From assembly GCF_009914755.1 (NCBI RefSeq), contig NC_060939.1: a stretch of 64,000 nucleotides of DNA. The stretch is one strand, 5' to 3'. How positions within the stretch are numbered: position 1 is the first letter of the stretch; each line of letters opens with the position of its first letter. Source of the stretch: the human T2T-CHM13v2.0 reference genome, Homo sapiens. Below, piece by piece: positions 59,734-64,000 of this stretch. The notes under the pieces are model-generated. The model did not search any database. It worked only from the letters and a program-made list of their open reading frames with translations, and was not told the origin of the DNA. A program made the translations under genes and the position numbers.

Positions 59734-62359
59734 GCGGTCTTGCACATCAGATAGGGCTGGTCCAACATGAGCACTCCTTGGGTTGCTGGACTCTCCTGGG
59801 CCCCCAGCCTGGTTACACTTACAGGGCAGTCCTGAGTGCCCTGGGGCCCCACATCATGGCTTCTGTGCAGGTGGACCATGCCTGACTGATTGGAGAGCTC
59901 CAGTGAGGCAGCCACTATGGCTGTACACCAGCCCACACATTCCCTTCTCATACTGCAGCTTCCTCTGGGCCCACAGAAACTCCCCACATCACATTGTTGG
60001 CACATGTCTACAAGGGCAGGTTTTGCTTTACTTGCTCCACCAGCACACAGGGGTGCAGTATGCCCTGCCAACCCCGCTGACCACCATTGCAGACGGATCC
60101 TTGGTGGGCACAAAGCCAGCAATCCCCTCCCCTGCCAGTGCCTTGCCCTTGCCCTAATAACTATGCAGAGAACAGGGGATCCTCCCACACCTTGAGAAAT
60201 CACTCCTGCTAGCAGAGCACAGAGAAGGCACCCAGACCTGTGCTGGCTTACACCCCACCCCAATCCAACACCATCTCCAGTACAACAGTGCACACAATAT
60301 CTAGCAGGGGCCCCCTGCTGTCCACCAGCTACCTTGCCTCTGCCACTGTGGTCAACATCCACAGGCAGGCAGGTACCTTTACATCTGCTAGCACTCTGCT
60401 GCAGCTGCCACACCTTGGTCCCCCAAGTACAGTAAACTCCAAATTTTGAGGAGCCAGAGAACAAAGTCAGGGCCCAATACAAGATTCCAGAGACAGAGCA
60501 GGTGGTCCAAGAGTTGGGAGCTGAGCATTGGCTGCCTAGAATCTCCCAGAAATGAAGCCAGTTGGCTGAATCCATCTTATACCACAACCAAACCCTGAAA
60601 ATCATCAAATAGGATAAAAGAAAAGAAAAACCCATCTAAAGGTCAGCAACCTCAAAGACTGAAGGTAGCTAAACCCACAAAGATGAGAAAGCATCAGCAT
60701 AAGAATGCTGAAAACTCAAAATGCTAGAGTGCCTTTCCTCCAAATGACCACATCACCTCCCCAACAAGGGTTCAGAACCAAGCTGAGGCTGAGATGGCTG
60801 AAATGACAGAAGTAGAATTCAGAATATGGATAGGAATGAAGTTCACTGAACTACAGGAGTACATTGTAACCCAATGCAAGGAAGTTAAAAAAATCATAAA
60901 ACATTGCAGGAGCTGACAGACAAAATAGCCAGTATAAAGAATGTAACTGACCTGACAGAGCTGAAAAACACCCTATAAGAATTTCATAATGCAAACACAA
61001 ATATTCATAGCAGAATAGATCAAGCAGAGGAAAGAATCTCAGAGCATGAAGACTGCCTTTCTGAAATAAGGCAGGCAGACAAGAATAGACAAAAAAGAAT
61101 GAAAAGTAATGAAGAAAACCTTGGAGAAATACGGGATTATGTAAAGAGACTGAATCTATGATTGCTTGGTGTACCTGAAAGAGATAGGGAGAATGGAACC
61201 AACTTGGAAAATATATTTCAAGATATCATCCATGAGAACTTCTCCAACCTAACTAGAGAGGCCAATATTCAAATTCAGGAAATGCGGATAACTCCAGGAA
61301 GGTACTTCACAAGAAGATCTTTTTCAAGACACATAATCATCAGATTCTTCAAGGCAAAATGAAAGAACAAATGTTAAAGGCAGCTAGAGAGAAAGGGCAG
61401 GTCACCAACGAAGGGAAGCCCATCAGACTAACAGCAGACCTCTCAGCTGAAATCCTACAAGCCAGAAGAGATTAGGGGCCAATATTCAACATTCTTAAGG
61501 AAAAGAAATTCCAACCCAGAATTTCACGTCTGGCCAAACCAAGCATCCTAAGTGAAGGAGAAATACGACTCTTCTCAGAAAAGCAAATGCTGAGGGAATT
61601 TGTTACCACCAGACATGCTTTACAAGAGCTTCCTCAGTGAGGAAGCACTAAATATGGAAAGGAAAGACTGTTACCAGCCACTACAAAAACACACTGAAGT
61701 ACACAGACCAGTGACACTATAAAGCAACCACATAAACAAGTCTACAAAATAACGAACTAACATCATGATGAAAAGGTCAAATCCACACATCAATACTAAC
61801 CTTAAATATAAATGGGCTAGATGTCCCAATTAAAAGACACAGAGTGGCAAGCTGGATAAAGAACCAAGACCCATTGGTATGCTGTCTTTAGGAGACCCAT
61901 CTCACATGCAAAGACACAGATAGGCTAAAATATAAAGGGATGAAGAAAAATCTACCAAGTAAATGGAAAACCAAAAAACGCAGGGATTGCAAACCTAGTT
62001 TCTGACAAAACAGACTTTAAACCAACAAAGATTTAAAAAAAGACAAAGGAGGACATTACATAATGGTAACGAGTTCAATTCAACAAGAAGATCTAACTAT
62101 CCTAAATATATATGCACCCAACACAGGAACACCTAGATTCATAAACCAAGTTCTTAGAAACCTTGAAGAGACTTAGAGTCTCAAATAATAATAGTGGGGG
62201 ACTTTAACACCCCACTGACAATATTAGACAGAAAATTAACAAAGATATTGAGGACCTGAGCTGAGCACTCGATCAAATGGCCCTGATGTCTACAAAACTC
62301 TCCACACAAAATAACAGAATATACATTCTCCTCATTGCCACATAGCACATAGTCTAAAG

Positions 62360-64000
<1,641 letters not shown>

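Larger units (their letters stand above)
57732..62359 (+). mobile_element. L1PB-type element 5' half (long 5' UTR, ORF1 about 60682-61700, ORF2 start about 61764), inserted in the L1MA
   Basis: Starts GGGGGAGTGACCAAGATGGCCGACTAGAAGCAGC (YY1 site); ORF1p relic LGVPERDRENGTNLENIFQDIIHENF. Confidence 0.85.

Noticed and set aside
59574-60635. 353-aa minus-strand ORF, the longest in the track
   Set aside because: It is antisense to the GC-rich L1PB 5' UTR and runs into a THE1 LTR, with no recognisable domain. A chance ORF is the simplest reading; Ribo-seq would be needed to argue otherwise.

Overview
This is human-type (primate) genomic DNA: AT-rich and dense in Alu, L1, L2 and LTR repeats. The only supportable protein-coding gene is the 5' part of MNS1 (meiosis-specific nuclear structural protein 1, a coiled-coil axonemal/sperm protein) on the minus strand. 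Exon 1 contributes only the ATG (17830-17832), exon 2 is 16883-17104 and exon 3 is 9212-9339. All junctions are GT-AG and translate in frame to MGSKRRNLSCSERHQKLVDE...MRQQVREN(S); the gene continues off the left edge. The CpG-island promoter (~17.65-18.33 kb) carries clustered forkhead, RFX half-site, MYB and CCAAT motifs. The remaining ~46 kb upstream has no recognisable coding gene. It holds a THE1 provirus with a palindrome-seeded minisatellite in one LTR, an ancient ~600 bp local duplication, two co-oriented CTCF motifs, and nested L1s from 53 kb to the end. Nearly all other ORF-track entries are repeat-derived or chance ORFs. I do not see a new multi-gene system. The best leads are the ancient duplication, the LTR-born VNTR, competing and antisense splice signals in MNS1, and re-use of one retrotransposon nick site. 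Repeat subfamily names come from recall of consensus sequences, and boundaries without a TSD are approximate.
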